A stretch of 64,000 nucleotides of DNA from Antedon mediterranea (lineage: Eukaryota; Animalia; Echinodermata), in NCBI RefSeq assembly GCF_964355755.1, contig NC_092679.1, forward strand, positions 19,575,432 to 19,639,431, in the 5' to 3' direction. Positions 12,391 to 25,720 of the stretch are shown here, in pieces. Each line of letters opens with the position of its first letter. Position 1 is the stretch's first letter. Below the pieces are notes generated by a model. It worked only from the letters and a program-made list of their open reading frames with translations. It had not been told where the DNA came from and ran no database searches. The position numbers and the translations under genes were made by a program.

Positions 12391-13100
12391 GTGAGTACAC
12401 ATTAAATAAAACACTATATCATATATTTTATTGGATAAATGAAATTCCATAACTCATCAATTTTTCCAGTTAATCATCAATTTCTTTATTTTAATCAATA
12501 ATGTTATCTAAAACTTCGTAAATTTCAATATCCGATTCAAAATGGTAATTGAATGGGGCGTTTCAACAATGCTGAATAATCAGCTGCAAAAAATACTCGT
12601 TATTTATCTTAACTGTAAACTGCATTGTGGCTAATATTATGCAAAGTCAACGCAGATCTACATACTAGAATAACAGGTTATAATTAGTAACAACTAAGAC
12701 AAAATGGTGGGAACTAAAATAATTATTATTAGAGAAAGCAGACTGATTTAGCATATAATCCGTTTGGTCTCCGTTGAAAGTAGACAGAAAATCAAAGATA
12801 AATTGATAGCGCCATCCATTTTTTTTCCACCAACAAATTTGCTGTAACTTTAGAATAGAATGAATCCTTTCCGCTTTCTCTGTTTTTAATTATTATTGGT
12901 ACAGCTACCCTTGTAAAACAAAGTTGAATGAATAAATAAATAAATAATTTTTAGTATAGTATTTATAAAAATTTTTTTAGTTTTTACTTTTTACTTTTTA
13001 ATAAAATATTAATGTTCTAACTTTATTTTTTATTTTATTCAAGTTGTATTAACGTTGTTTGTTATCTTCTAGGTTTCTGTTAATCAATTTAAAAACTATA

Positions 13101-13380
13101 ATCATGCATTTCTAACCCGTAAAACTGTATATATGTATTATATATATTTTGAAATTAATATAATTATTTTATTACTGATAAAATATTATTTTTGGAAAAA
13201 TAATTTTACTCATTTTTAAAGTGGTTTGATGTGAAAAACCATGCATTTCTAACCTGTAAAACTGTTCATATATATTTTGAAATTGATATAATTATTTTAT
13301 TCTTAATCTTACTGATAAAATTTTCTTTTTAGAAAAATAATTTTACTCATTTTTTAAGTGGTTAGATGTGAAAAATAAAT
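13101..13380 (+). repeat. Local tandem duplication, about 140-bp unit x2
   Basis: CATGCATTTCTAACC.GTAAAACTGT ... AAGTGGTT.GATGTGAAAAA seen twice. Confidence 0.75.
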
Positions 13381-15628
13381 TCTGTTTTGATTTTTTTTTT
13401 TAATTTACTCAATAAATTAATGAAATAGCTTGCAAACGTCTTTATCACGATTACCAATAAGAAATTCAAATAAATTCATTTCATTAAAGTTATTAATTCA
13501 AGAACTGGGGAAATGATTTAGTCTGTTTGCCAACAAAAAATACTCAGGGGACGTTAAGAGTAAAAAACGAGTGTTTTATGTTAAAGTAATTATGTGAAAT
13601 GCTGGATTAAGATATTTTGAGCGATGAGATAAGAACCGTAACCTCTGGGCCACACCTCCAAGTCCAATAACAGAATGTCTCTGATTTCAAGCAATTTTCT
13701 AAATTGCATTGTCAATATTAATGTCTCTATGATTTATTAGGTGAATGGCTATTAGGCAATCTAATTCAAATATGTTTAGCGTGTTATCTAAATTAGATTT
13801 TGTAACAGTATGATTTCCAAATTCTTAGATATAGGCACTAAATTTTAGAAATACTTAAAGATATATTGTCTCCCTAAAATTTTATTTTTTTACATTTTTT
13901 TTAATATGCCATTTTAATGTCATATAAAAGTTATTCACTTTGACCAAAAACTGGATAAAAAAAAAATGATTTACCTGAGAAAAAAATGTTAATTTATTAA
14001 AGCAAAATATACTTAAATTGTCTGTCAGTGTCAGACAATTGTTTTTGGTTAAAATTAACCATTTCTTTTGTCTTTTTATAAGTGAAATATAATTTTTTGG
14101 GGAGTTGGGGAAGGGGGTTTGGGGATAATACATCCTTAAGAATTTATCATTGTATAAAAGATTTTTTTTTGTTACTCCTTTAATGAAAAGTAAAAATTAT
14201 AATTGGTGATAATAATTATGAAAATTGATAAAAACAGAAAAATTTGAACACAATTCGAACTTGGACTTGTTAAGCAATGCAATTGGCATACCAGTTGACT
14301 ACCGGTACTTAATTTATATCACGATTGTTTATATGTTATGATATAATACTATAATTTGAATTCTATAAGTTTATACAAATTTTAAAATAACCATATTTAT
14401 GAAGCCAGTGTAGCAAAACTAATTTTCTATACTTAATTGAACACTTAAATAAGTGTGTTTTTTTTATAATATTTACGGTTTGTTAGGCCCAACCTCTTCA
14501 GCAACAATTGTCTTACTCTACGTACCCTACAGCCAACTAGAACCTATTCACTAGGCTAACAGTACCCCTATTTTTGTCAATTCATACACTCTTTGAGTGT
14601 TTTAGTAGCAATAGGTACACCAAACCCAGCCAACCTCAGGCCACAATTGTTTTTCTGTTTAGAGGCTCCTGGCAATGTTTTGCTACTGACACGCTGTTCG
14701 ATTCCGCCTCTGTCTAATTTCTATGGATGTGTATTTCTGTTAGAAAACCAAGCCAATGAACTTTTCGCATCGTTTGGCTAGAAAAAGACTTGTACTAAAC
14801 TAATATATAATTGGTATCAAAGGTTGTAATTTAAGTGTTCCATTTCTGAAGTAAAAACGGAAAGACGACAGTTTACTTTTGGCAGCTTGGACTTAATTTG
14901 TTCATACAACAAGTCATTGATGTTGTTTATATAAAAGTAAACATAGAAGGCGCAAAGTGTCTGGTTCTAAAACTCTCTAAATATGATCCACATAAAACAC
15001 CTTAATAACCACTTAAGCTAAAGAGTCAATACAAACAAGAACTAAATGGGAAATCAGTTTTTGATTGTGAAACAGATTTAGCCTAGTTAAATAAACACAA
15101 ACACTTTACAAACATTTTTATGAGTGGTTTTCTGAAACTAATGTGTCTGTATTTGTGTTGTTACATAATCAGGCATTGCAGATATAAAGATTATGAACAT
15201 TATGTGTTGTCTTATGTTTACCTTTTGTATTAACCGCTATAAAGGCTTAAAATAGAGTTGATAGTATTTATTAGGAACTATAAAAGTACAATATATTTTT
15301 GTAATACTCCTAATAGTAATATTGACATTTGAATTTTGTTCAATAGTACAAAGAAAAAAATATAGTGAAGTGAAGTCAAATTTTAAAAAGGAATATAAAG
15401 GAATATAAAGTTAACTAAACGTAACCTAAGAATTGAAAAACTACATAATAAGTCTTAATAATAATAATAATAATAACAACTTTATTTAAAAACGGATGCA
15501 ACACTTGAATCACCATATTGGTGTTTTTCACAAGGCCGTTACTTACTACAAAACTATTTATACTATTACACAAGTTATCAATTACAGTCATGAAAAAATA
15601 TAGAGTTTCAAGTATATTTTTTTTCTTA

Positions 15629-15767
15629 AGCCCTGTCTACACTGTCAAACTTTATGTGACAAAAAAATTTGATGTGCCCATATATGGGCATATATTTGGG
15701 CTTATCATTACCATATTTGGGTACATCACACTTTTTTGTCACAAAGTTTGATAGTGTAGACACGACT
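15629..15767. mobile_element. MITE family A copy
   Basis: TIRs AGCCCTGTCTACACTGTCAAACT / AGTTTGATAGTGTAGACACGACT, TTA on both sides. Confidence 0.85.
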
Positions 15768-16100
15768 TTAGAATATAATGGTAATTGAAAAACTGTGATA
15801 ATTCCAAGCTGCTTTACAAACTGTATAATAACGTAAATTAATTATATTTTTCATTTCTAGTTAAGTTAGGATGCACATTGGAAACATGTTGATAAATCTG
15901 TCCTTACATTTATATATTACTGAGGATTTGTGGGGTGTTTTTTTTTGGGGGGGGGGGGTTTATTGCTTCAGTTGAGAAAGTGATTTACTTGTCACTTGCT
16001 TGATTTCTGTTTTTTTACAAATTTTAAAACATTATTCTTCATTTACAAACTTGTCCAACTTTTCCACCTTCTTTATTTCTTCATTTCTATTGGATACCAG

Positions 16101-16127
16101 GTTCTCGTTACAAGGTGTTTCAACTTG
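16101..16127 (+). CDS. EHBP1: Candidate EHBP1 27-nt microexon (GSRYKVFQL in phase 1-1)
   Basis: About 40-nt pyrimidine tract, CCAG acceptor, strong TG|GTAAGA donor, length divisible by 3, no stop. Confidence 0.45.
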
Positions 16128-18656
16128 GTAAGATGCTGTTAAATAAAACATGCTTGTTTCATATCATTTGTGTAAACCTTTATATTTCATGCACTAACAA
16201 TTTCATGTTATTAAATCGTAATTTCACTACATCTTTGAATATACTTATTAATCTACTAGAAAAAAAAATGCCTGCAGTGTAAAAATATATTTGAAAGAAT
16301 GGTTTTTATTAGTTTCCATCATATTGTAGTCATTTTTTTGTGTTAAATTGTGGTTATGTTTGTTGTATTGGTGTGTGTAATTAGAATAATGTCTGTAGTG
16401 TTTTCAAACTGCCTAGAAAAGTTAAACATATATTGTTAGAGCAGAATGAATAAAGAATTTAAAGGATAAGTACAGTTGAACCCCTCCTTCGGGGAACCCC
16501 CATTCAGGGGACACTTTTTTTTGTGAAATGAATGAGGGGAAATATATTTTGAACACTACAACTATTCTATGTTTTTTTTGTAATTATTATTTTATGTTTA
16601 TTGCCGAAATGAATAAAATAAATAAAATAAATAAATATTCAGGGGACAGCCCTATTAAGGGACACTAGCGGTTTTGCTATTTTGATTACACGTTGTAATA
16701 TTAAAATATTAGTTTTTTGGGGGTTTTTTTTTTTGTGTGTTTCTTTTTTTTTAATTGTTGGAAATTTGATTAGGTTATTTGGTGATAATTTTGTAAGCAC
16801 ATGTGTAGTTATATGAGCATTATGTTATTTTTGTTAGCACAAGTGTCGTTATGTGAACATAATGTGTAGACATGTGTTGAATACACGTCGTAAGCGTGTT
16901 TTATGTGGAGGTATGTGTACGTCTTGTATGACTCAAGATGCTGTACGTGTACTACAATTACTCTCGACGTGTGTTATATATAAACGTACTTACTTCACTG
17001 CACACTCAAAATGCAATACGCGTGTGTCAGTGAGAATATTTCACGCTTTGTAAGTTTGACAAAATTATTGTAACAAACAAATACGCAACAATGATTTAAA
17101 ACCCTAAAGAAATCTTATTTGTCGAATATTTTATTTCTTAGGCTTTGTGTGTTGTAAATGTAAAGAAGGATATTTATTAAATAGCTACTAAAGTACTTTG
17201 AGCAAAGTTATTTTGATAGTTTGCCCAGACATAATTAATACATTGACCATTTGCTAAATTTAGTTTTTAATTTTTCTCAAATTGTATGTTACTACTTACT
17301 ACTACAAACTTTTGAAGTTCCATTTATGCATAAAACCAATTTTAAACAGTGATAATTTTGTAGCCGTTTGATAAAAATTTGTGTAAATTGATCTTACACC
17401 TATTATGAACAATTAGATAAACTGAGAGCAACCTTGAAAGAAAAAAGAAATAACTTATTTGCACTTATTTGTGAATAAACTGTATTATTTGGTTGTGGTT
17501 TGATATAATTATATAGATCTTTAGAATATGTTTCCAATTGCCCAACCACAATACCATAACTGCCTACCCCATTGACATTTATTTCATTGAAATTTTGTGG
17601 CCATGACCCAACATAATAATGGTATATATTTTGTATTCATCGTCCACACACAAGCGAATGAAAAGACCAATTGTACGGCCACTCTGACCACTTCGAAGTG
17701 CGGAATAAAAAAACAACGAAAGACCTTGGCACTGAATTTTTGCCGGAATGTCTAAGGAAAAATTGATAAATAAAAGTTGTGAAATTGAATCCGGCTTGGT
17801 TTATAACCCTGACCACTAGCCAGCGGGCTAGGAAAAACTTAAATTTGTGATGGTATAATGCCTTTTAACACCCTTAAGTCTGTTGACAGTTGCTTAAGAC
17901 TTCCCTTAAGACAGAGTTTTAAACAAGTTAAAGAAGAAAAGCACTATAGATAGAAAACAAGCCTAGTGTACTTTTCATTTTAAAAAGTTCTGTAAATTTA
18001 TCAAACCTGTTTAATTTATAAATTTACAGGTATAGAAGAAATTCTAAACCGTCTGGTAATAGTAATACACTGAAAATTAATTAATTAATTTTGAAACAGT
18101 AGATATCTGAGAACGAGAACCAAGATTCAAACTTTGAACCTTCTGCTTATATGCACATAACAGTTTAATGTATTAATAAGTAGTGTAGGGATTACAAATT
18201 TACGAATAATAAATTTTGAAGAAAAACAAACAGATAAGACTTCCTGTTAAATATTTTGCAAAACTAATTTAATTAATGTTTCTGAATATTAATAAGCATT
18301 ATAAATATGTATAACATTGTTATGTATATTAATAAACATTATTTAAAGCTTAAATTAATATTGGAACATTTATTCATTAATCCTTGATTAAGCTGTATGA
18401 TTTAGAAATCAAATCTACATATTAATTTTTTTTTTTTAACAGTATTTCACCGTTTTTTATTTAAAAATTACAATAAAAGTTTGTTCAACTTTAAATAATG
18501 TTGTATTCAATTATTATTAAACCACAGCTGTATGATTTAGGAAACGGATCTACATTAATAATTTATGAAAAACAATATTTTACCTCTTACTTAAAAAAGT
18601 TCTTTCGACCTTATAAATTAAATGTTATATTCAATGTAATAATGTATTAATACGCT

Positions 18657-18970
18657 ATAGCTAAGTGGTTAACATGCTTGCCTTCCAATCCTGACCTATA
18701 GTGTCAGGGATGTAGTTCACGGGACTGTGTGTACTTTACTCCCTAGACCGCAAATGAGACTTAAGCTCTGTCTACACTATAAAATTAGTTTGACAAAAAA
18801 AGTGTGATGTGCCCAAATATGGTAGTGATATGACATCATCATGGCAATATATGGGCACAGCACATTTGTTGTCACATAAAGTTTGATAGTGTAGACAGAG
18901 CTTTAGTTTATAAGTTTGATAAAGTTGATGTAGTTGGCAATTTACTTGCTGGTGTATAAGGTATGAAAAA
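18657..18970 (+). mobile_element. tRNA-derived SINE interrupted by a MITE family A copy (18764-18902)
   Basis: SINE head ATAGCTAAGTGGTTAACATGC; full MITE flanked by TTA duplication; A-rich end. Confidence 0.8.
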
Positions 18971-19439
18971 AAACCAAAAACTAAACAACTTCAAGAACGC
19001 TAAAAATGATGATGTAATTTATTTCTAAGTTTATTTCTCAAGAATATGTGTGCCATTGCTAATATTATTATTATTATTAAAATAATAAATTATAAATATA
19101 TATTAAACATGAAAACAATATTTGATACTAACAGTGTAGTTTAAGCTACTAGACAATAACCATTATAAATTTCTTTTTCCTTCCATATAACACTAATATT
19201 GGTCACATGTTTGCCCTAATTTGGGGACCCCTTTGAAAACAAGCCTCTGGGCTTAAAGGGCCATCCCCTGATTTCCATGCTTATTTTCTAGTTTAGTCTT
19301 GTATTATTATATTTAATGTTTTCTCGTTTTATTTCATTTACATTATACTGTTTTATAATTTTGTACTGTTCTTGGAAAGCAATAAATATTACTTACTTAC
19401 TAATTTAACGTAATTGTACTTTTTGATAAATACATATTG

Positions 19440-19620
19440 AGAACGCTTGTGGAAAAAAAAATTCTCTATTCTCTGGTTGGACTCGAACCCACAAGCACCA
19501 GATCACTAGCCTGGCACTCATACTTCTAGACCACCAAGCGGTACAATTACGTTTGAGTAGGGCAAGCATCTGACCAAATTACTTAGCTCCCCGTTTAAAA
19601 GCTACTCCGCAGTAGTTTAA
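19440..19620 (-). mobile_element. Decayed tRNA-related repeat
   Basis: Minus strand A-box TGGTCTAGAAG and B-box GGTTCGAGTCC followed by a T-run. Confidence 0.5.
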
Positions 19621-19727
19621 CAATTCACTAATATTGCAATGCATGTTTTGTTTTTCTAACAACAATCTTGTTTATTTAATTTCTAAGCATGATGTTTTTT
19701 GCGATATTTGTTTATTACCGTGAACAG

Positions 19728-19835
19728 GTTTAAGGCACAACTCAGGTGGTTTATCGCAAAAAGTTGCATCAACAAAGAAAACATCCTTACAGTCTTTTAG
19801 TGATCTTATTGTTGTTTCTCCTAAACCTAAATCAG
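19728..19835 (+). CDS. EHBP1: EHBP1 exon (LRHNSGGLSQKVASTKKTSLQSFSDLIVVSPKPKS)
   Basis: ACAG acceptor, CAG|GTAATA donor; 108 nt, phase 1-1; KT.LQSFS motif resembles vertebrate EHBP1 as I recall it. Confidence 0.8.
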
Positions 19836-22223
19836 GTAATACTTTTTTACTAACAAATAATTTTGATTTCCCATTTTCTGTTTGTTCTATTTTTTATTTT
19901 TTTATTACAGTAATATTTTTTTTTTTTTTATATGTGTCTAAACATTCCTCTTAATGGTTCCAATTTTCTGATTTTGGTTAATTTTTGTTAGGTTTCAAAA
20001 TTCAATAAAAATTTGTCATGATGTTACAAAAATCCTTCACCGTTAAACCCCAATTGGCCCCATAGAGTAGATAATGGTGAATTGCTTAATCTCATAAAAA
20101 AAGCACTGTTCTTGTAAAATAAATAAAAAGGCGTTCCAGCTAAATTGCGCATCTTGAGGACGACACAATAAAATACAGTTTAAGCAAGGAGTTTCTTAAA
20201 ATACATCTCCCTGGTTTAAACAAGTAATAATAATTGCAACAACAATATCTATTTAATAACTTTTTAACTTTTTTCCTTCTGAAATAAATGTCATATGTTT
20301 TAAACATTTTAACTATGACGAAATAAATGAATTTATTTTGATTATATAAACAGATTGATTTTAGCTTTTTCATATCAACTTAGAGTTGGACATGTTTTCT
20401 TAGTCTGTATATAAAGATCAATAGTTTGAAGAAATGATCTCAGCCCTCTTGCTGTTTGCAGCTGTAACTTTCCTTTATATCATAGGTCTACTTCAGCATC
20501 TACAGCATCCGGCCTAGGCCTAATCCCATTGACTCTGTGTGGTCAAGTGGTCATCAAACTGACCACTTTAAAACGTACTTGTAGGTGATATCAAGTATTG
20601 AATAACTAGTCAAATATTTTAGAAAAGTTTTGCCAATATATACTTCTCCATGATGATTTATAATTTTGGAAATGTCTTATTGCTAATATTATATACATTC
20701 TGATTATGTCTACGATTTTTTAATAAATTTTATTTTAGAAATATTAATATCTACTGTATTAATGTTCTAATAACAAAAACATATTATAATTATCTTAAAA
20801 TATATAGAATACTGTATTTGACATAGTATAATCAGTTGGAACAACTCCCAGGTATAATCCCATAAGAAATTAAGTAAAAAATAGTGGGTTGGATTATATC
20901 TGGATTATATTTGTCTATTACCAAAAATCTAATCTAATTTAAGGGTGGATATTATATTGTATTATACTTGGTCAAATTCAATAATAATAATTATAATACA
21001 TAATCTTATTTTAATATTTTTACATAATCTTTTAAAATAAAATTGCATTCTATTTTTTAAAGAATATATTTTACAATTTTATTTTAATAAATAAAATATT
21101 CATAACAAATATTTATTTTTTTTTGCATTATGTTCTTAGAATATTTTAATTGATATAAAATGTGCATTTCTTAATGTTATCAAATTTATGTTTTTTATAT
21201 ATATTTTTATAAAAAATATATTGGAACGTTTGTATATTTTCATAGATATTGTTACTTGTTAAGTATAACATGTATTTGCATGTGTGGAGAAATTCTTGAC
21301 CATGTTATGTCATTATATATCAATTTTACAATTATCATATATGTGGTATTCATTTTATATCATTTTCAAATAATATTTTATATTTTTAATATATAAATGT
21401 TCTTTTTAAAGCACAACTTCTGGTTTAATATTTCTATTGTTTAATAATCATGTGCAACATTAATGATAACTAATAATAATTACTTTTTTGCGATGGTGTC
21501 GAAAGAGAGTTATAAAATTGTTCAAACTAAGAAGGAACTTTGTAAGAAAATTACACTAATTAAAATGTTCCGCTATAAATGCACTTTTTAACAGAATGTG
21601 ATAATTTGTTGTAAAGTTAGAGATGCGATCAAAAATGTATAAAGTAATTTATTTTAAAGAAAGATTCTCCTTACCCTAGAGAGTTCTTCTCCCCGTAACT
21701 GTCTCACTTAATAAGAGCATTAAGTAAATTATGTCCCTAGGATGTAGACATTAGTATATTATTTAATGTGGATTAAATTTTGTAAGAAACACTGGCAATC
21801 TTATATAGGCCTACTTTTCACATAACATGTTCTGAACAAATTTAAAATTTAAATTTGTCACTACTAAGTATTGAAAGTGCATGAAGTGCAGACAGAAGAA
21901 ATAAATATCCAGAAAGACTAAATTTATTTAATTTAAATAAAGATATAGTATTCTCTCTTACCTAATACATTCAACTCTGACTCTGAAAACCAAAAAGTTT
22001 CCCAATCAAGCAGTTCTTGAGGTTCAAAAGTTCTCTAATTCTTTGTCTGTATTACGACTTCCTTTAAACAAGTATTTGAGAATATTGATGTCCATCTTAA
22101 ATGAACATAAAAACTTTAGTGTAAATAATATTAGGAGATTAGTTGTTGGGATATTTTTATTTGATTAATAATTATTTAGTACTTATTTTTTCAAATTTTG
22201 TTTACCAAAAATTTAAGAAACAG

Positions 22224-22327
22224 AATCAGAAGATACCGAATCGACTAAAGATGATAATGAAAAGGACCCGCAATCTGAGGAAGTTTTGGATACTTCGGTG
22301 GTTGACGGAGAATTACCGATCGAACAG
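22224..22327 (+). CDS. EHBP1: EHBP1 exon, acidic stretch before bMERB (ESEDTESTKDDNEKDPQSEEVLDTSVVDGELPIEQ)
   Basis: CAG acceptor at 22223 (in-frame alternatives at 22217 and 22229), CAG|GTGTGT donor; phase 1-0. Confidence 0.78.
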
Positions 22328-22464
22328 GTGTGTTTAAGTTCTGGAACTATTGATGTACAAATACCGATTTCCTCATCTTAATTTCCATTATAAACTGGCC
22401 AGTTTAGAATGTTTTCTATGCCTATATATAACATTAACTACTATATAAATGTTTATCTTGTCAG

Positions 22465-22576
22465 GAGGGAAGTGACTATATAATGGGTGAATATGCTGCC
22501 CTAGAGAGGGAGCAGAAAGGTTTGGATCAGCGAGCAGGTATCGTGGAAAAGGCACTTCGAAAGGCTATGGAAGGAG
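22465..22576 (+). CDS. EHBP1: EHBP1 exon, bMERB domain start (SDYIMGEYAALEREQKGLDQRAGIVEKALRKAMEG)
   Basis: bMERB/DUF3585 helix-1 consensus; TCAG acceptor, GAG|GTAAAG donor. Confidence 0.93.
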
Positions 22577-23027
22577 GTAAAGCTTTACGCATTATGCAAG
22601 AATTTGTGTTTATTATTTACCTAATAATGGATCATAATCTTCATAGTATTTTACAGTAAAACCCCTTACAGTATAACATCATTATGATAACTGTACGTTC
22701 TTTTTCTACAGGTTTTTTTCCAAAAAGAAACATTTATCAATCAAATGTATTTCTTAAAATGCAGAAAAATATGATTAGTTAATTGTTTACAACTTGACCT
22801 TGTTACAACCTCATCCCACATCCACAAACTACTCATCTAAAACGAGATTGACTAAACGGAATCATTCCGTGAAAACATAACCGCTTTTAATCATCTTAAA
22901 GGCTTAGCGGTGGAAAACAATTTGCCAAGACAATGAAGATAAAGAACTTTGAAATTAATATTAAACGATTCATAATGTAGATGTCGAGAGGAGTACGAGT
23001 ACTTGAGTGTTTTTTTGCTTCCCGTAG

Positions 23028-23121
23028 GTACTGATGACGAAGGTCAGCTAATGCAGGAATGGTTTGAGCTTGTCAATAAAAAGAATGCGTTGATTCGCCG
23101 ACAAGACGAGCTCAATACAAT
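23028..23121 (+). CDS. EHBP1: EHBP1 exon, bMERB ([30 protein letters not shown])
   Basis: Hallmark [16 protein letters not shown]; canonical splice sites. Confidence 0.96.
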
Positions 23122-24990
23122 GTAAGTTAGGTTGTGTAATTTTGCTGCATTTCCAACAACTTTAGTAGCTTCAAATTTAAAAGTTAGAAGAATAAAAGGT
23201 CAAACAAAGATGAAATGAGGAAGTGAAAAAAGGAAAGTAAAAGGAATATTATATAAAAGATGATGGAGTAAAAATGTTGTGATTATTAAACTATTCAATT
23301 ATGATTATTGAGAGAGATAGCTTAGTGGTATAGAGTGGTGAGTGAGCCTATACATATATAGGTTGTCTCTTCTGATGGAACATTTAGCAGTCGGCTCCAA
23401 GTATACATTACAATCAAAAAGCTCCGCATATGGAGGAGGGCCAAATAAAAAAATGCCTTTCAAACTCACTTGCAAGTCTGTAGCCTCTCCATTGGGACCT
23501 AATTTGAAGGTGCTAGCCAGGTGCAGTGTCCTACTTGTCTAGAAGTCACAAAAGCCTACTACATCAACAAATTATGAGTCAAATTATACAAATATTTAAC
23601 AAGACTTAACTGTTACATCATATAATACTCACAAATAAGATACCAAGTCAAATGTCGTCAAACCACCCATACATGTGTACATATGATAGATGAAGTATTT
23701 TCAATACAAGCATCATAGTGATAATGGGGATCAAATTTGCTTAATGGATTAAGGATCTTGAAGATTAACTCCATTAGAAATTAAGCCCTAGGAAAGATAG
23801 ACTTTGGTCCAAAAAGTGGTCGTTAATTCGTGGACGCCCTATATGGATAATGTTTAATGAAATTGATAACATTTTGCACATATAACGCTGTAAAATGAAA
23901 CATTTAATAATAGATTTTTAATAATATTGGTAGACAGGTTAAAATTAAATTTACTTAGCGGATTAGTGATATGCAAGATTAGGATTAAAGCCTCAGGTGA
24001 ATATGCTGTTGATTCTTGTAATCTTGCTAATCCTTACAGCAGACGCAACAAGTGATATTATAATTATATTAAAGTAAATAATTATGAATAATTTGCTTAA
24101 TTAAATTGCAAAAATTTGCAAGTTTGGGAGAAATTTAGAATGTACTTCTTTCTGTAGCAAACATGAGCAATGTAATTTCTTTGACAAAAATAAATTTTGT
24201 ATTTATTGTAGATAAAGGTTCTTAATTATTTTCACGATACCTAAATAATAAGAAATAATGTGAAGGAAAGAAGCAGAATACATAATACATAAGATTTACC
24301 ATTTACCAAACACAACCTTTTGCTTAGACTATTAATTGACGTTACTGACAAAGCATTGTGTTGGAAAACAAACTTTTTTTTAGCAAAACTTAAAAAATAT
24401 GAACATAATATAGTTGTTTCCTAAAATTCCTAAAAATGAAAAAAACTAAGATACCGTGGGAATGTGTCCAACTCAATAGCTATGCCTGTATTCTTTTCGT
24501 AATAACTAAAGTTAATGGTCAAACTGACCGCTATTGTTTAGAAGGACATTCAATGAATAGAAAGGTTATGTAATAGTGCCTAGGAATTCAATTGTCTTTC
24601 TTAAAGAACCCATTCACAGTTACTTTGTACAAATTCTTTCTTTTACTCAAACTCACTGATGCATGACACTTTATTTCTGTACAAACTTTGTAAATGACTG
24701 TTCAACATGTTTCAAACTTCTTTGTCATTGAGTTTACATGTTTTAACAGTAAACAAGTTCATGTTGTTATGTATATTGGTAATATTGTTAAAAGAAGGAG
24801 ATTCCCAAAATATATGTTTACTTTTAGAAAACAAATTTAAATTAGGATTGAAGATAATAATAAAGATAAAGTTAAAAGATAATTTAAAGATATTTTTTCT
24901 TTGCTACATTTTACATGTATAAATTTGCTAAATTTATTAGTATACTTAAATCATCAGTACATTAGAACCATTATTAAGGGGAGACCAATA

Positions 24991-25068
24991 ATGTGTCCCT
25001 TTAATGTGTCCCTTTAATGTGTCCCTTTAATGTGTCCCTTTAATGTGTCCCTTTAATGTGTCCCTTTA
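24991..25068 (+). repeat. 13-bp minisatellite (ATGTGTCCCTTTA)x6 inside a decayed MITE-like remnant
   Basis: Six perfect units; related GGGGACAC motifs at 16471-16670. Confidence 0.9.
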
Positions 25069-25188
25069 ATAGAGGTGTTCCAAAGCAGTGTTTTACTGTA
25101 TATAACTAAGACATTTTTTGAGCAATATCTTTGCAATGATATTTAAATTGAAAATTCCTTCTTATTGTTAATTTTTAACTTTTTTCAG

Positions 25189-25262
25189 GGAGAAGGAACA
25201 CGATCTTGAAAGAAGATTTGAAATGCTAAATAGAGAGTTGCGTAATATGATGTCTATTGAAG
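25189..25262 (+). CDS. EHBP1: EHBP1 exon, bMERB (EKEHDLERRFEMLNRELRNMMSIE)
   Basis: EKEHDLERR motif; TTTTTCAG acceptor, AAG|GTATCC donor; phase 2-1. Confidence 0.95.
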
Positions 25263-25280
25263 GTATCCAACAAATTCTCT

Positions 25281-25720
25281 TTCATTCATTTCAATCTTTC
25301 ATTCAATACTTTATTCAATCTTTTATTCAATATTTTATTCAATCCATCATTCAATCTTTCATTCTATCTTTCATTCAATCATTCTTTCAATCTTTCATTT
25401 TATCTTTCATTTAATGTTTTATTCTATCTTTCATTCAATCATTCTTTCAATCTTTCATTCAATCAATCATTCTTTCAATCTTTCATTCAATCATTCTTTC
25501 AATCTTTCATTCTATCTTTCATTTAATGTTTCATTCAATGTTTCATTCAATCTTTCATTTTCTTTTATTCAATCATTCTTTCAATCTTTCATTTAATGTT
25601 TCATTTAATCTTTCATTCAATTTTCATTCTATCTTTCATTCAGTCTTTCATTATTTTTCATTCAATCTTCCATTCAATCTTTCATTCAATCTTTTATTCA
25701 ATCGTTCTTTCAATTAATTT
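25281..25720 (+). repeat. Degenerate (TTCA/ATCT)-based microsatellite
   Basis: TTCAATCTTTCA repeated with variation; explains five spurious ORFs. Confidence 0.9.

Noticed and set aside
12158-12400. Minus-strand 80-aa ORF
   Set aside because: Antisense to EHBP1 exon 12264-12390.
14487-14560. Possible extra EHBP1 exon after TTTGTTAG
   Set aside because: Only weak donors, and a stop codon in the required frame if extended.
23315-23570. 66-aa ORF 23342-23542
   Set aside because: Lies in what looks like a decayed SINE (A-box-like head, ACATCAACAA tail); no protein similarity recognised.
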